A stretch of DNA of 64,000 nt. Source: a virus. The notes beneath the pieces are model-generated. The model was not told where the DNA came from. It was given only the letters and a program-made list of their open reading frames with translations, and made no database searches. Position numbers and translations under genes: made by a program. Location of the stretch: positions 1-64,000 of IMG/VR virus record IMGVR_UViG_3300002460_000003; one strand, 5' to 3'. Shown piece by piece: positions 9,292 to 19,263 of the stretch. Numbering within the stretch: position 1 is the stretch's first letter; the number at the start of each line of letters is the position of its first letter.

Positions 9292-9915
9292 AATCCACCC
9301 TTTTGGTAGTTTTCATAACGAGAAATTAAAGCACTGGATACTCTTTCATCTACTTGTATAGCCGCCAATTGGTATGCAAACTCTAATTTACGACTTAACC
9401 ATGCCTCATGAGCCTGAGCCTCGGTACTAAAATACCCAAGATTCTCCCGCTTCTTAGTGAAAGGGTTACTACAGTTAGCCATAAATTTGGAGTAAGCCTT
9501 ATACCAAGAAACACCAATCAGATAATCACCCCTATCGAAATCGCGTTCAATCAGGAAATTATTAACCTGTCTACTAATGAAAACACAAGTTTCTGGGCTA
9601 TAAAGCTTATTACCCCTAACAAGTAAATCTTTATCTAATTGCTTCCCTTCCCAGTCTTGTTGTTCCATCCAAGCTTTGAAGCTACTAAAAGTAAGCCACT
9701 CTTCACATACTGTACAGTCTTTATAAGTAGGAGCTTTGTCTTTAAATTTGAGACTATACCCTCTCTCAAGCATACCTACCCATCTTGTATAGAATGGGCA
9801 TCTCCAAGTGGTTATTTTTTTTCCGTTTCCCCTCAATTGAACCAATTTCCCTATGAATTTGTACAACATATTCTGCATCAAGTATACCAACAGCATATAC
9901 CAATTTCCTGTTCAT
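9288..9915 (-). pseudogene. HNH-type homing endonuclease with a frameshift in an A8 run (true start 9915)
   Basis: SD GAGGT + ATG 9915 gives MNRKLVYAVGILDAEYVVQ..GKRKK; the CPFYTRW..LDKDLL..YSPETC body is in another frame; removing one A at 9815-9822 joins them. Confidence 0.75.
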
Positions 9916-9917
9916 GA

Positions 9918-10295
9918 TTACACCTCAATATTGTTTCTTTTCAAGGCTGACTCAATGGCTTCTGAGAAACCACACCCGCCGTTGTAGTATTTAACTTCAA
10001 AACTGATAACTCCATTTGGTTCCACTTGTGCATTGAGGATGTCATCATAAGCATCTTTGCCCTCCCTCACAACGGAATAGATATTCCCACCAATTACAAT
10101 GAAGTCATCTGCTTCATCTCGTAGTGCTTCCTCTGCTGAATAATCTTCATCATATTCTACGTCTGGATATGATTCTGCAAGAATTTCTTCAGCAGACTTC
10201 TCTACCTTAACTAGTTTACCAACCCAATGTTCATAATCACTCATCACTTCCTCCCAGAAATAGTTGTTCATATTGTGGATCAACAAAAGATACAT
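9918..10295 (-). CDS. hypothetical acidic protein (start probably 10244)
   Basis: GGAGG SD before MSDYEHW; YYNGGCGFSE motif. Confidence 0.7.
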   Translation of the reverse strand: MYLLLIHNMNNYFWEEVMSDYEHWVGKLVKVEKSAEEILAESYPDVEYDEDYSAEEALRDEADDFIVIGGNIYSVVREGKDAYDDILNAQVEPNGVISFEVKYYNGGCGFSEAIESALKRNNIEV

Positions 10296-10680
10296 TGTGA
10301 TCTTGACATATCACCCTCTTCGTTTTCTTTTGGTACATTAGCTTTACTCGGTGGATAATCTTACTGGCTTGTGCTACTCGCATCTTGTAAGCATCTACTG
10401 TGAATGGTGGACGGAAATATTTCCCATGCCAATCTAATAGTTGTCCGTTGTGAAGGCGACACATAGTTCTAATAGAAATATTACTGATATGCTTATTCTC
10501 TTTGTGTCTAGAGTAGTATCCGTGTCCACTGCCATTCCAGTGCATACGGTCATAACCAAGTGCTTTAGCGAATGCATCTAGACTCTTCAGTTGCAATTTC
10601 TTGGTGTCGGTTGGTTCGAAACTCAATGTTTCTTCAGTCATTTTACTCTCCTTAATAATTATGGTGTGGGCAGTTCTCAT
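10237..10680 (-). CDS. hypothetical protein (start probably 10641)
   Basis: AGGAG SD before MTEET. Confidence 0.7.
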   Translation of the reverse strand: MRTAHTIIIKESKMTEETLSFEPTDTKKLQLKSLDAFAKALGYDRMHWNGSGHGYYSRHKENKHISNISIRTMCRLHNGQLLDWHGKYFRPPFTVDAYKMRVAQASKIIHRVKLMYQKKTKRVICQDHNVSFVDPQYEQLFLGGSDE

Positions 10681-10966
10681 TAACCCACCTAGCCGTCTCT
10701 ATACCTACAAGATCCAAATTATCAAACCGAGGACAGCAACAGCCGGCTAGATCATTCTGGTATCTATGAAACTTCCTATCAAGGGGAAACTTAAACAAGT
10801 ATTGCAACACATATTCAAACCCCGTCACTATATCAGAAACATCCTCTTCATTAGCGTACATTGTAGGTCTGGCGAGGAATGCTTTCAAATGCTTTTGAAT
10901 TTCTTCAATTGCAACGACTTCACGTTCTGTTAATTTCTGTTGTTCTGCAAGCTTTCTATTGATCAT
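10652..10966 (-). CDS. hypothetical Cys-containing protein
   Basis: GCCCP..DN..CP.H motif. Confidence 0.7.
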   Translation of the reverse strand: MINRKLAEQQKLTEREVVAIEEIQKHLKAFLARPTMYANEEDVSDIVTGFEYVLQYLFKFPLDRKFHRYQNDLAGCCCPRFDNLDLVGIETARWVNENCPHHNY

Positions 10967-11192
10967 TAGTCAACACCTTCAAAATAAGTTCTTTCTCTTT
11001 CAATATGAAATGAACCAACTCTTCTGGATCATCGAACACAACTTGTCCATATCGATAGTGGTCACCATGGATTTTATCAGTTAGATCCTTAGTGACCTCA
11101 TACTGGACAACCTTCCAGTCATATTCACTGATACACTCCCCATCATCACTCACGTACATTGTTTGCTGTTTCATGTTTTCTCCTTTACTCAC
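10956..11192 (-). CDS. hypothetical protein
   Basis: ORF in operon. Confidence 0.65.
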   Translation of the reverse strand: MSKGENMKQQTMYVSDDGECISEYDWKVVQYEVTKDLTDKIHGDHYRYGQVVFDDPEELVHFILKEKELILKVLTNDQ

Positions 11193-12076
11193 ATGTCTTC
11201 AATCATACGCTCCCCAAGAAACACAGGGAAGCGTGGTTTATCTTTTGCTCCTGCTTCAAAATGACTGTACTTCACAATCTTCCCGAACCAGTAAGCTTTG
11301 TTGTCCCAAATCTCTTGTCGCTGTTGATCATTAAAACCTGTGCCAATGTGGAAGTCAACACCTGTTTTAATGTCCCGTACATGCAGACTACCAAGAGTAT
11401 CCATAGCCACCATATTTTCCATCAGTGTTTGACGCTTTGTTTGCCCAAGTTCACCAACAGTGGCTTCATTACCATTGTGCATCTTCTCTTCAAAGCCAAT
11501 CACGACAGCCTCTGAGTCTGTGAACTGTTTTACTTTTAAGAGATAGCCTTCTTTGAGTGTGGATCGACCCTGCTTGTATGGACCATCAACTGAACGTAAG
11601 ATTACACCTTCAGCACCCATTGCAAGGAACTCATGTTCATGGTCAGCCACCTCTGTTGCACTACCAACAACATACATCTCTAGACGTACAACATTGTTTG
11701 CATAGTGTGGTTTGATGGACTGCCAACGATCCTCGTAACCTTCTGTTCCAATCTTATCAAACACATAGAAGTTAATCTCTTCTACATCAAAACCATCTGG
11801 AAGATTGTGGCTCATACAGACTCGTGTACTCTTGTTGAATACATCTGGTGCATTCTTGTTCCCGTATATGATTTCACCATCAAATCCGTTGTATTCAGTT
11901 TTGCCGAACTTTTCTTGGATTACTTTGGACGGGATAGGTTTCATACTCCGTGACATACATACACCATCGTGTACAGACATACGAATACCGTCTAATTTCT
12001 CAGACAGCAATACAGGGTATTTCACTTTTGTAAGGTCTTCACATGCTGTTGCGAGCATTGGTTTGAACGGTTTCAT
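11189..12076 (-). CDS. lig: ATP-dependent DNA ligase
   Basis: KPMLA, motif I EKLDGIR, FDGEI, EGVILR, LLKVK, IGTGF, PRFPVF. Confidence 0.95.
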   Translation of the reverse strand: MKPFKPMLATACEDLTKVKYPVLLSEKLDGIRMSVHDGVCMSRSMKPIPSKVIQEKFGKTEYNGFDGEIIYGNKNAPDVFNKSTRVCMSHNLPDGFDVEEINFYVFDKIGTEGYEDRWQSIKPHYANNVVRLEMYVVGSATEVADHEHEFLAMGAEGVILRSVDGPYKQGRSTLKEGYLLKVKQFTDSEAVVIGFEEKMHNGNEATVGELGQTKRQTLMENMVAMDTLGSLHVRDIKTGVDFHIGTGFNDQQRQEIWDNKAYWFGKIVKYSHFEAGAKDKPRFPVFLGERMIEDM

Positions 12077-12077
12077 T

Positions 12078-12488
12078 TTACTCTCCTATTTTAACTACTT
12101 CTACACCAGCTTGTTTAAGAACCTCCAAAGGACTTTCATCCCTGTATGACTCTGAGTATACTACACGACTGATGCCAGATGCAACAAGCATTTTACTGCA
12201 CTGAGCACAGGGGCTATGACTTATGTAGATAGTGGCTCCTTTTGCAGATACACCTTCTTTCAACATTTTGTAAAGTGCATTTTGTTCAGAATGAATGGTG
12301 ATACTTTCATCAGTGCTTCCATCATCTTTCTCACACACATTCTTAAAATTTGGAAGTGTACCATTGAATCCTACGAACAAGCCTCCGTTCTGTGTAAGGA
12401 TTGCACTACCTACTTGAAGGCGTTTGGCATAGGATTCTTTAGCTACTCGCTTTGCGATGTCCATATAAAGGTGGTCGTATTTGCTCAC
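12078..12488 (-). CDS. dCMP deaminase
   Basis: HSEQNA and SPCAQC zinc motifs, VGFNG. Confidence 0.92.
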   Translation of the reverse strand: MSKYDHLYMDIAKRVAKESYAKRLQVGSAILTQNGGLFVGFNGTLPNFKNVCEKDDGSTDESITIHSEQNALYKMLKEGVSAKGATIYISHSPCAQCSKMLVASGISRVVYSESYRDESPLEVLKQAGVEVVKIGE

Positions 12489-12757
12489 TGAAAGTCGTCC
12501 CTTTCCACAACGTCTTTAAGGATCGTCATCAAACCTTCGAATGTATAACTACTACCAACCAACAGCTTCTTCATATCACATTGATTTACCCAGTCTGGTA
12601 GATTCATCCCCTTCTCATTCTGTAGAAGATATTGCCACCCTTGACCACCTGATGGAACAGTGTAATGTTTTGTCCTAACTACAACAAATACTTCATCTGG
12701 ATACTTAGGAACTAATACCATTTCTTTGTAGCTATAGAAAGCAAATTCATTAGTCAT
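12485..12757 (-). CDS. hypothetical protein
   Basis: GGAGG SD. Confidence 0.7.
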   Translation of the reverse strand: MTNEFAFYSYKEMVLVPKYPDEVFVVVRTKHYTVPSGGQGWQYLLQNEKGMNLPDWVNQCDMKKLLVGSSYTFEGLMTILKDVVERDDFQ

Positions 12758-12766
12758 ATTCCCTCC

Positions 12767-13216
12767 TCAATCCCACCATGAACGCATGTGTTTAGTTAGT
12801 ATTTTCATAAGTAACTGCCAATCCTGTTCTTCCTTAGCTTTAGTCACATCCCAATAACCTTTACTATTGTGTCGTGGGTGCTCACTATTCTTTGGAGTAT
12901 GCTTAATCTTAAATCCTTTCTCAGTCATATCCAGTTCAAGTTTATCTAGATTATACTGATCTGTACACTCAAGAATACGATCTAGCAGGAGGACACAAGT
13001 CTTTACTTTATCCGCTTGTTTGTCTCCACGTACATGATGTCCATTCCGTAGGGCAGGTTCAAGCTGTTTGAAATGCTCTCGCATGAAATACAAACTACCA
13101 GAGTAATCAAAGTTGTAAGTATGAGCTAATGCCTTCCGATATGTCCAGATGTTACTGATAAATCTCCAGATATCGTGTCGGAATAGTGTGTACAGTTGTC
13201 GCAGTTTGTAATTCAT
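12767..13216 (-). CDS. hypothetical conserved phage protein
   Basis: C-terminal KHMRSWWD motif. Confidence 0.75.
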   Translation of the reverse strand: MNYKLRQLYTLFRHDIWRFISNIWTYRKALAHTYNFDYSGSLYFMREHFKQLEPALRNGHHVRGDKQADKVKTCVLLLDRILECTDQYNLDKLELDMTEKGFKIKHTPKNSEHPRHNSKGYWDVTKAKEEQDWQLLMKILTKHMRSWWD

Positions 13217-13402
13217 ACTTCCTCCTCCCTATTTCTTAAACAATCCAGTGATAAGTGCCCTAAGAGCTTCTGTAGACAAGTGATTTTGAATCATACTATT
13301 AGCATTCAATAGAATCTCACATTGTACAGCAGGATCATCTACCATATCTTTAATGAAGTCAAGAGTTTTATAAGTCATCTCTGCTTTTTCTTTGTCTGTC
13401 AT

Positions 13403-13636
13403 CTAAGCTTCCTCTGTGTAGTCATCAACCACTTCTGCTTTATACCAAGCATCAGGCACAAACTCACATGTGTACCCATCGAACAATGCCTTGTGTCGTG
13501 CAACGTATTCGGAAAGCTCTGCAAGATCGTCAACTGGGAACATCGTTTCACTAAAAGCTTTAAAGAAGTCTGCATCGAACTTACTCTCATCAAACTCTAC
13601 TTCAACAACTTGAACCACATTAAGTGTAAATTTCAT
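13403..13636 (-). CDS. hypothetical acidic protein
   Basis: AGGAG SD. Confidence 0.7.
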   Translation of the reverse strand: MKFTLNVVQVVEVEFDESKFDADFFKAFSETMFPVDDLAELSEYVARHKALFDGYTCEFVPDAWYKAEVVDDYTEEA

Positions 13637-13656
13637 ATTATATCTCCTAGTTTATA

Positions 13657-13962
13657 TTATTTCGGTTGGCGACTCGACGGCCTAGCTCTAGTTGCGGTGG
13701 CTACCACGCTCATACCACCACTCTCTAACTTTGATTTAATTTTCTGTGTACGTGTAGCAATCACAATGTATTTACCCTTAACTCCACTATACTCGTCTGC
13801 AACCTCTTGTGCAACACTTCGTTTCGATGTGTGGATGTAATGTCTATTACCTACAGCATCCTTAAAGTAAAATGTGGAAATGTCTTGAAAGTCATATTGA
13901 GTGTATTCATCATATTCTACCACTGTCACTTCTACTTCTTTAGACAATCTGATTCTCCTCAC
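13657..13962 (-). CDS. hypothetical protein
   Basis: ORF; start uncertain. Confidence 0.65.
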   Translation of the reverse strand: MRRIRLSKEVEVTVVEYDEYTQYDFQDISTFYFKDAVGNRHYIHTSKRSVAQEVADEYSGVKGKYIVIATRTQKIKSKLESGGMSVVATATRARPSSRQPK

Positions 13963-14122
13963 TCTCAGTCCTCAAGCAATGTGCCAAGTCACTTCCCAAT
14001 TCAGCCTCAAGCCAACTCTCCTGATGATTTAGATATTCTTGTAGTTCGTCGTATACACTCCATTCGTTATACTCGGCAGCGTCGCTGTACATTTCATCAT
14101 TATTCAAATTAATATTCTCCAT
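13940..14122 (-). CDS. hypothetical acidic protein
   Basis: coupled to upstream stop. Confidence 0.55.
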   Translation of the reverse strand: MENINLNNDEMYSDAAEYNEWSVYDELQEYLNHQESWLEAELGSDLAHCLRTESEENQIV

Positions 14123-14301
14123 TAATGCTCTACTTTATACGATTTAATTTTACCACAAACTTCACATTGCATTGTATGGGTCGTAGAAATACTTTTAGGC
14201 ATCCTGTTATTCTCAAAACTAAATGTATTTGTTTTTCTGGACTCAATAACTTTCCACTTATGTGCATGGCCGATAAAAAGTTTATATAGTAGCTCTAGCA
14301 T
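14122..14301 (-). CDS. 59-aa hypothetical protein (HxW..CxxCG), not in ORF track
   Basis: AGGAGG SD; MLELLYKLFIGHAHKW..CEVCGK. Confidence 0.65.
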   Translation of the reverse strand: MLELLYKLFIGHAHKWKVIESRKTNTFSFENNRMPKSISTTHTMQCEVCGKIKSYKVEH

Positions 14302-14313
14302 GAGACAGCCTCC

Positions 14314-14457
14314 TTAAAAGAAATCCAACACTGGTTCAAGTTTCCAAGCTTCACCTTCTATGTCCAAGCAATGCTCTGTGAGACAAGCCGTATCTTCCTG
14401 TACATCGTCCACTGAGTATACATCAAATTGTGATAGGTAGTCTAGATATTCTGACAT
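14314..14457 (-). CDS. 47-aa acidic protein, not in ORF track
   Basis: AGGAGG SD; MSEYLDYLSQFDVYSVDDVQED.. Confidence 0.6.
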   Translation of the reverse strand: MSEYLDYLSQFDVYSVDDVQEDTACLTEHCLDIEGEAWKLEPVLDFF

Positions 14458-14480
14458 TTTTATTCCTCCTAAATCTGAAG

Positions 14481-14530
14481 CAAAAAGAATCCCACCAAGC
14501 AGCCTATTTACTAAGCGTCCTAGTGGGATT
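14481..14530 (-). terminator. terminator-like hairpin
   Basis: AATCCCACTAG..TTGGTGGGATT followed by CTTTTT on minus strand. Confidence 0.55.
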
Positions 14531-14534
14531 AATA

Positions 14535-14777
14535 TTAGCCCTCTTCCGAAGGCTTGTCAACAATTTTATTCAATATCTTAAAGGTCAAATGCCGCACTGA
14601 GCGATCATCGGCAGATGAATTTAGGATAGGCTCTGGCTCAAATACTCCATCATCCACACCAAGCAACTTCTTCATTTCTGTGTATACAAAGGCAGCACCC
14701 CTCTGAGTATATGGAATTTTATCATTACTCTCAAGCACTTTATAGTATGCTTCTGAGATAGTATCTGCTGTGATCAT
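14535..14777 (-). CDS. hypothetical protein
   Basis: 4-nt overlap with ClpP-like gene. Confidence 0.65.
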   Translation of the reverse strand: MITADTISEAYYKVLESNDKIPYTQRGAAFVYTEMKKLLGVDDGVFEPEPILNSSADDRSVRHLTFKILNKIVDKPSEEG

Positions 14778-15535
14778 TCTTTTTCCTCCTCTACTTTCTT
14801 TGGTAACTTCCTACGTGAAGGTGTAATCTTCTTTTCAGGAGCTGCTTTTACTACTGATGGAAATTTACTCTCCAATGCTTCTGCTACAGCTTCTTTGATG
14901 ATTTCCTCTAGTGTACGTGATTGAAGTTCTTCTGGTTCTGAGCAATCTTCACAGGACGGGTCGCCACAACCTTGTTCGTTGCGTGCTTCTGCATACACCT
15001 CAAGACGTTCCATGATTTCATCAGCATCAAAGAAGAGGTCTTCCCCTTTAACTACAGCACTGATTTCTTCTTCCGACAAGAATGCCTTGTATCGAGTACG
15101 TACCATCTTGTCTACTTGCTTACGCATGAACACTGCCTGAGAAAACACTTCAGATTCCTTCCCCCAGTTGCCGTAGCTGCATGTATGAATAAAGAACTCA
15201 GCAGCATCCGACACGCCCCATGTATGGCAAGCTAGGAAGATGAATGTAGCCATGCTTCCACAATCGCTTTCAATAAACCCGATTACATTAGCTTCAGACT
15301 CATTGATAGCATTGATAATCATATTGCCAGTGTGAACAGAACCACCACCTGAGTTTATGCGAATCACCACTTCATCTTGCTGTGTTGCACTCCGTAGAAT
15401 GTTACAAAGGTCTAGATAGTCTTCAGCAGCTCCAATTACACCAGTGAGGTAATATTCATAACGAACACCACGAAACTCAGTAGTGAATGTCTTGTTCTGT
15501 GAGAACATTGGAATCAATTTACTTTCTTCACTCAT
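14774..15535 (-). CDS. ClpP-like serine protease
   Basis: INSGGGSV, CGSMATFI (catalytic Ser), FFIH (His). Confidence 0.85.
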   Translation of the reverse strand: MSEESKLIPMFSQNKTFTTEFRGVRYEYYLTGVIGAAEDYLDLCNILRSATQQDEVVIRINSGGGSVHTGNMIINAINESEANVIGFIESDCGSMATFIFLACHTWGVSDAAEFFIHTCSYGNWGKESEVFSQAVFMRKQVDKMVRTRYKAFLSEEEISAVVKGEDLFFDADEIMERLEVYAEARNEQGCGDPSCEDCSEPEELQSRTLEEIIKEAVAEALESKFPSVVKAAPEKKITPSRRKLPKKVEEEKE

Positions 15536-15536
15536 A

Positions 15537-16337
15537 TTATTTAACCTCCCGATCTTTCATCATACCAATTGCAATATCCCGGACTAAACCACCGCGAACA
15601 ATATCGTCAGGGCTGTTAAAGTCAATCACTGCAACACCTTTTAGATTATGCCGTTGAGCAAATGACATAAACCACTCTAGACCACTCTCGCCTTGAATAT
15701 CTTTCTGTAGAATATCACCACACAAAACAAGTTTGCAGTTATCTGATACGCGAGTAACAATACTCTGCATCTCGTCTGGTGTGGTTTGCTGTGCTTCATC
15801 AATAATCAGGAAGCTCTTCTGATCAAAGCTACGTCCACGAATGGATTCCACTTCCTGTACTTCAATCTCTCCAGACTCACCATCACGCAGAGCTACTTCA
15901 TAAGCACCATGACCAATCCGTTGTTTAATAGTATCTAGTACGTTACGGACGTATGGATAAAGCTTCTGAAAACTACTTCCGGGTTTAAATCCTGAAGTCT
16001 TACCTGTTTGTACATAAGCACGAGCTACTACAATCTTTTCAATTTCATTCTTACGAAACTTATCAGCGGCCACTACAGCAGCACAAAATGTCTTGCCTGT
16101 ACCATGTAAACCTAGCACTACAATTGCTTGAATCTCTGGATCATTCAGTAGACGAAAATACTCCTTTTGCTTAGAAGTCTTAGCGACTACTGGTGGGGGA
16201 TTATTACGTTCATCCAAAAACTTCTCTTTAATTTCTGGCTTGACTCCTCCGTTTCGTGTCTTGCGAACTCTTTTGCGGGGTACTTCAACTTCCCCACCAT
16301 CAACAGCAACTACAAATGAACGGCTGGCAGCACCCAT
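15537..16337 (-). CDS. phoH: PhoH-family ATPase
   Basis: GLHGTGKT, IRGRSF, IIDEAQ, GDILQKD, DIVR. Confidence 0.93.
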   Translation of the reverse strand: MGAASRSFVVAVDGGEVEVPRKRVRKTRNGGVKPEIKEKFLDERNNPPPVVAKTSKQKEYFRLLNDPEIQAIVVLGLHGTGKTFCAAVVAADKFRKNEIEKIVVARAYVQTGKTSGFKPGSSFQKLYPYVRNVLDTIKQRIGHGAYEVALRDGESGEIEVQEVESIRGRSFDQKSFLIIDEAQQTTPDEMQSIVTRVSDNCKLVLCGDILQKDIQGESGLEWFMSFAQRHNLKGVAVIDFNSPDDIVRGGLVRDIAIGMMKDREVK

Positions 16338-16364
16338 AATATGTCCCTCTTTCAGTTGATAAAA

Positions 16365-16682
16365 TTAAACACCCTTTACACTTTGTAATACTGCTTGAGC
16401 AGCTTCAAGGGAAGTCTTAGCCTTCTTTACTGCGTCTTCAGCCTCCAACTCTTGTTTAGATTTAGTTTTCTCTACAGACTGCAAAGTTACTGTATAATCA
16501 TACTCGCAGTCCCATGACCCCTTACTACTCCCAACAGCGCACCTCTCAACGTGGGTAATTTGAAATAGATGCTCGACACCATTGAATATAACAGAATTAT
16601 TTCCGGGTTTGTATTCTAATGAACTTGCAATTGTTGGGTGTACATCACCGGCCAGCTTACTAAACTTCAATACCATTTCCAT
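16365..16682 (-). CDS. hypothetical protein
   Basis: ORF with SD. Confidence 0.7.
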   Translation of the reverse strand: MEMVLKFSKLAGDVHPTIASSLEYKPGNNSVIFNGVEHLFQITHVERCAVGSSKGSWDCEYDYTVTLQSVEKTKSKQELEAEDAVKKAKTSLEAAQAVLQSVKGV

Positions 16683-16683
16683 A

Positions 16684-16875
16684 TTATAACTTCCTCTGTT
16701 CTAATAGTTCCCTGAAAGCTAGGTAAACTTTTGGAGTCATACCAAACCTACCTAAGGTAGTTGTAGTTGACACATCACCAGTGCTCTCCGTGAAGGATAC
16801 ACTGTCTGTCTCAGAATCATACACCCATTCAACAGATACGTCACCAACGAACTCTTTAATTGAATAACTAATCAC
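16684..16875 (-). CDS. hypothetical protein
   Basis: 4-nt overlap. Confidence 0.6.
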   Translation of the reverse strand: MISYSIKEFVGDVSVEWVYDSETDSVSFTESTGDVSTTTTLGRFGMTPKVYLAFRELLEQRKL

Positions 16876-17333
16876 TCAATAGCCTCCTCAAAAACTCTCA
16901 GCAATGCATTAGTCGTTACATCCCTAGCCCTATTAAACACATCGTACTTCTTACCTAAAGCTTTGAAGTCTTCCCACGGCATATTTTCCAACTCCTCCTT
17001 ACTATAAGCATCAGATGGTCTTACAACACATGATACTAGTTTAGCACCCATTAGGTTATAGTGCAAGCTTTCTACATCAATAATCGCATTATTTAGTACA
17101 TAATCCTGTACTTTCTTCCAGAACTCCATACGATTATACTCTTCAATCACTTGCTTACCAACAGGGACACTAGGAATTTCATATTCACACTGATACAGCA
17201 TTACAGAGAAGTAGTTCCCTTCAATCACTGTACCTTCATTTGTATTCTGTAGACGATAACCTTGCTTCACTGCTTCAATAAACCGTAGCAAGAAAATATT
17301 AGGATTACTTTCAAAGATTTCTAGTTGTTGCAT
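16872..17333 (-). CDS. hypothetical protein
   Basis: AGGAGG SD. Confidence 0.75.
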   Translation of the reverse strand: MQQLEIFESNPNIFLLRFIEAVKQGYRLQNTNEGTVIEGNYFSVMLYQCEYEIPSVPVGKQVIEEYNRMEFWKKVQDYVLNNAIIDVESLHYNLMGAKLVSCVVRPSDAYSKEELENMPWEDFKALGKKYDVFNRARDVTTNALLRVFEEAIE

Positions 17334-17348
17334 TTACTTGTCCCCTCC

Positions 17349-17543
17349 TTAACCAACAACAACATTTTTAATTTCAAGACGATAGCCAGTCTTCCTACCA
17401 AGAGCCTTCAGCGCGTCTAGGAAGTCTTTAACTGTGGGGTAGTCTGTTGAACCTTTACCATAAGTAGCATATTCATAAGTGGATACACTTGTCTTATCTG
17501 ATGCTGTATATTCAACCCATGCAATTACTGTTTTCATTTTCAT
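17349..17543 (-). CDS. hypothetical protein
   Basis: 4-nt overlap. Confidence 0.65.
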   Translation of the reverse strand: MKMKTVIAWVEYTASDKTSVSTYEYATYGKGSTDYPTVKDFLDALKALGRKTGYRLEIKNVVVG

Positions 17544-17917
17544 TCTCCTTGAACTTTCTTACGTGAATTACGTTTCTGTTTTGTTTGCTCTGGAGCCTGT
17601 GGTTTAATTACTTCAATTACAATATCCTCTTTTTCAACAGGCTTGTCAACAATTACTTTACTAGTTACGTCAGTAACGCTCGCTGCGCCAGCAGCACCCC
17701 ACTCAAGCAAACCATTCATAACATCAAACAAGTGATCTGTTTCATCACCAGACAGCTTACTCAGCTCCTCTTTATATCCAACAGCTTCACCTTCTTGAAG
17801 CTCAGCTAGGAAATAACCGTATTGGTAATTGATTTGTACAGGCTTATTAAACCCTTTAGTTGAAGCTTGCTTTAGTGCGATTACAAAGTCTTTAAATGTT
17901 TTAGTTGCAATGTTCAT
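17540..17917 (-). CDS. hypothetical protein
   Basis: AAGGAG SD. Confidence 0.7.
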   Translation of the reverse strand: MNIATKTFKDFVIALKQASTKGFNKPVQINYQYGYFLAELQEGEAVGYKEELSKLSGDETDHLFDVMNGLLEWGAAGAASVTDVTSKVIVDKPVEKEDIVIEVIKPQAPEQTKQKRNSRKKVQGE

Positions 17918-18009
17918 TATTACTCCTTAGTTTTAATTAATCGGTAGCCTGCATCATACAATGTTTCTGCTGCGTTGTAAGGATTATTTATAATTAGCTC
18001 GTGTAGTTA

Positions 18010-18441
18010 TCAACCATTGTGAATTTCCTCATATTCAATTTCTTTTATAGTACCTTCTTTTACAAGAAGTGCAACAATATCTTGTGTGAATTGCTTTTCT
18101 TCAAGCCACGCCTGCTTCCTCTTAAGATACGCTGTAACTTTCTCATTGTATTCTATATATCCTGGCGATCCGTATGACCATACGTGCATAGCAACCGATG
18201 GCAATTCATCCTGGGTGCAGTATTTATACAGATTCTCGGGTAGGTTGTAGCCAGTTAGTGCGTAAATATCAGTCTCAAGTTGGTCAAAGAACTCCTTAGC
18301 CTCCGGTACTTGGTTAATCATATGTGTTTTCAGGTACTTCGCAAAGTATTCTTCACCAAGCTTTTCTTTGCTGCTGTATAGACCACCAACCGTGTAGTCT
18401 GAGTATTCTCCAGAGCTAAACATGTAAAAATAATCAGTCAT
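18010..18441 (-). CDS. hypothetical protein
   Basis: SGEYSDY motif; SD. Confidence 0.7.
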   Translation of the reverse strand: MTDYFYMFSSGEYSDYTVGGLYSSKEKLGEEYFAKYLKTHMINQVPEAKEFFDQLETDIYALTGYNLPENLYKYCTQDELPSVAMHVWSYGSPGYIEYNEKVTAYLKRKQAWLEEKQFTQDIVALLVKEGTIKEIEYEEIHNG

Positions 18442-18682
18442 TCTGTTTATCTCCTGTTAGTAATTTATTTGTCATAAGACCGTTCTCTTTAAGCACTTTA
18501 AAGAATCTCTTATTTTCCTTCTCAAGTGCATCCTTCTCCATCAACACTACTTTCAACAACCAATACAGGGTACTCTCATACGATTGTGAATGCAAGTCAT
18601 TTCTCAGCACTACTGACTGAATTGTCCCTGATTTACCTTTAGGGTCTAGGAGTTTTAGTTTCTGTATGTTAGCTGGGGTCAT
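18434..18682 (-). CDS. hypothetical protein
   Basis: ORF in operon. Confidence 0.65.
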   Translation of the reverse strand: MTPANIQKLKLLDPKGKSGTIQSVVLRNDLHSQSYESTLYWLLKVVLMEKDALEKENKRFFKVLKENGLMTNKLLTGDKQND

Positions 18683-18902
18683 TGTCTTCTACCTTATCTT
18701 CAAAGTCAACACGCCATTGCCAATATGGTTCTGGTTGATTCTTTGGTAAATTTAGAACCTCATTCAGCTCAACCATAGAATAGCACACAGCAACAAGTGT
18801 AGTTCCTTTCCAACCTTCTCCCGGCTCTGTTACATGACTCACGGAGATGATCACAGGATAACCATTCACCTTGATGTCATCAATCATACTAACCCCTTTC
18901 AT
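18669..18902 (-). CDS. hypothetical protein
   Basis: ORF in operon. Confidence 0.6.
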   Translation of the reverse strand: MKGVSMIDDIKVNGYPVIISVSHVTEPGEGWKGTTLVAVCYSMVELNEVLNLPKNQPEPYWQWRVDFEDKVEDNDPS

Positions 18903-19099
18903 TTCTTAAAGCACCACATAAGGTGAGACAATGTTACTACAAACACCCACAAACAGCTACATAAAACAAGCGCTAGCATCGTAGTGGTAGGGTGGTCAAG
19001 GTAGCACTCTTTAATCTCTTTTTCACGGCTATAAAGCTTATAGAAACCTACTCCACAGGCGACGTATAGGACAGCTAGTAGGGTGTATAGTGTGATCAT
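18899..19099 (-). CDS. hypothetical membrane protein
   Basis: two TM-like segments. Confidence 0.65.
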   Translation of the reverse strand: MITLYTLLAVLYVACGVGFYKLYSREKEIKECYLDHPTTTMLALVLCSCLWVFVVTLSHLMWCFKK

Positions 19100-19263
19100 T
19101 TTTTAAAGCACTCCGTTTTAGTTTTCCCAAGGCGGATAGGGTGTAAGTTTGATTTTATCACAGTCGCCGCCGCTAAACAATTATCTTCACTAGAAAACTC
19201 CTGTGTTGTAATAGCACTACCATCCATTGTAAGGATGGCTATAATCAATACCCATGTACTCAT
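19096..19263 (-). CDS. 55-aa secreted/membrane peptide, not in ORF track
   Basis: MSTWVLIIAIL..EFSSEDNC..ECFKK; AGGAG SD. Confidence 0.6.
   Translation of the reverse strand: MSTWVLIIAILTMDGSAITTQEFSSEDNCLAAATVIKSNLHPIRLGKTKTECFKK

Noticed and set aside
2237-17809. Plus-strand ORFs of 60-170 aa antisense to the early genes (e.g. 13322..13840, 11805..12149)
   Set aside because: Shadow ORFs: no SD, atypical composition, fully overlapping better-supported minus-strand genes
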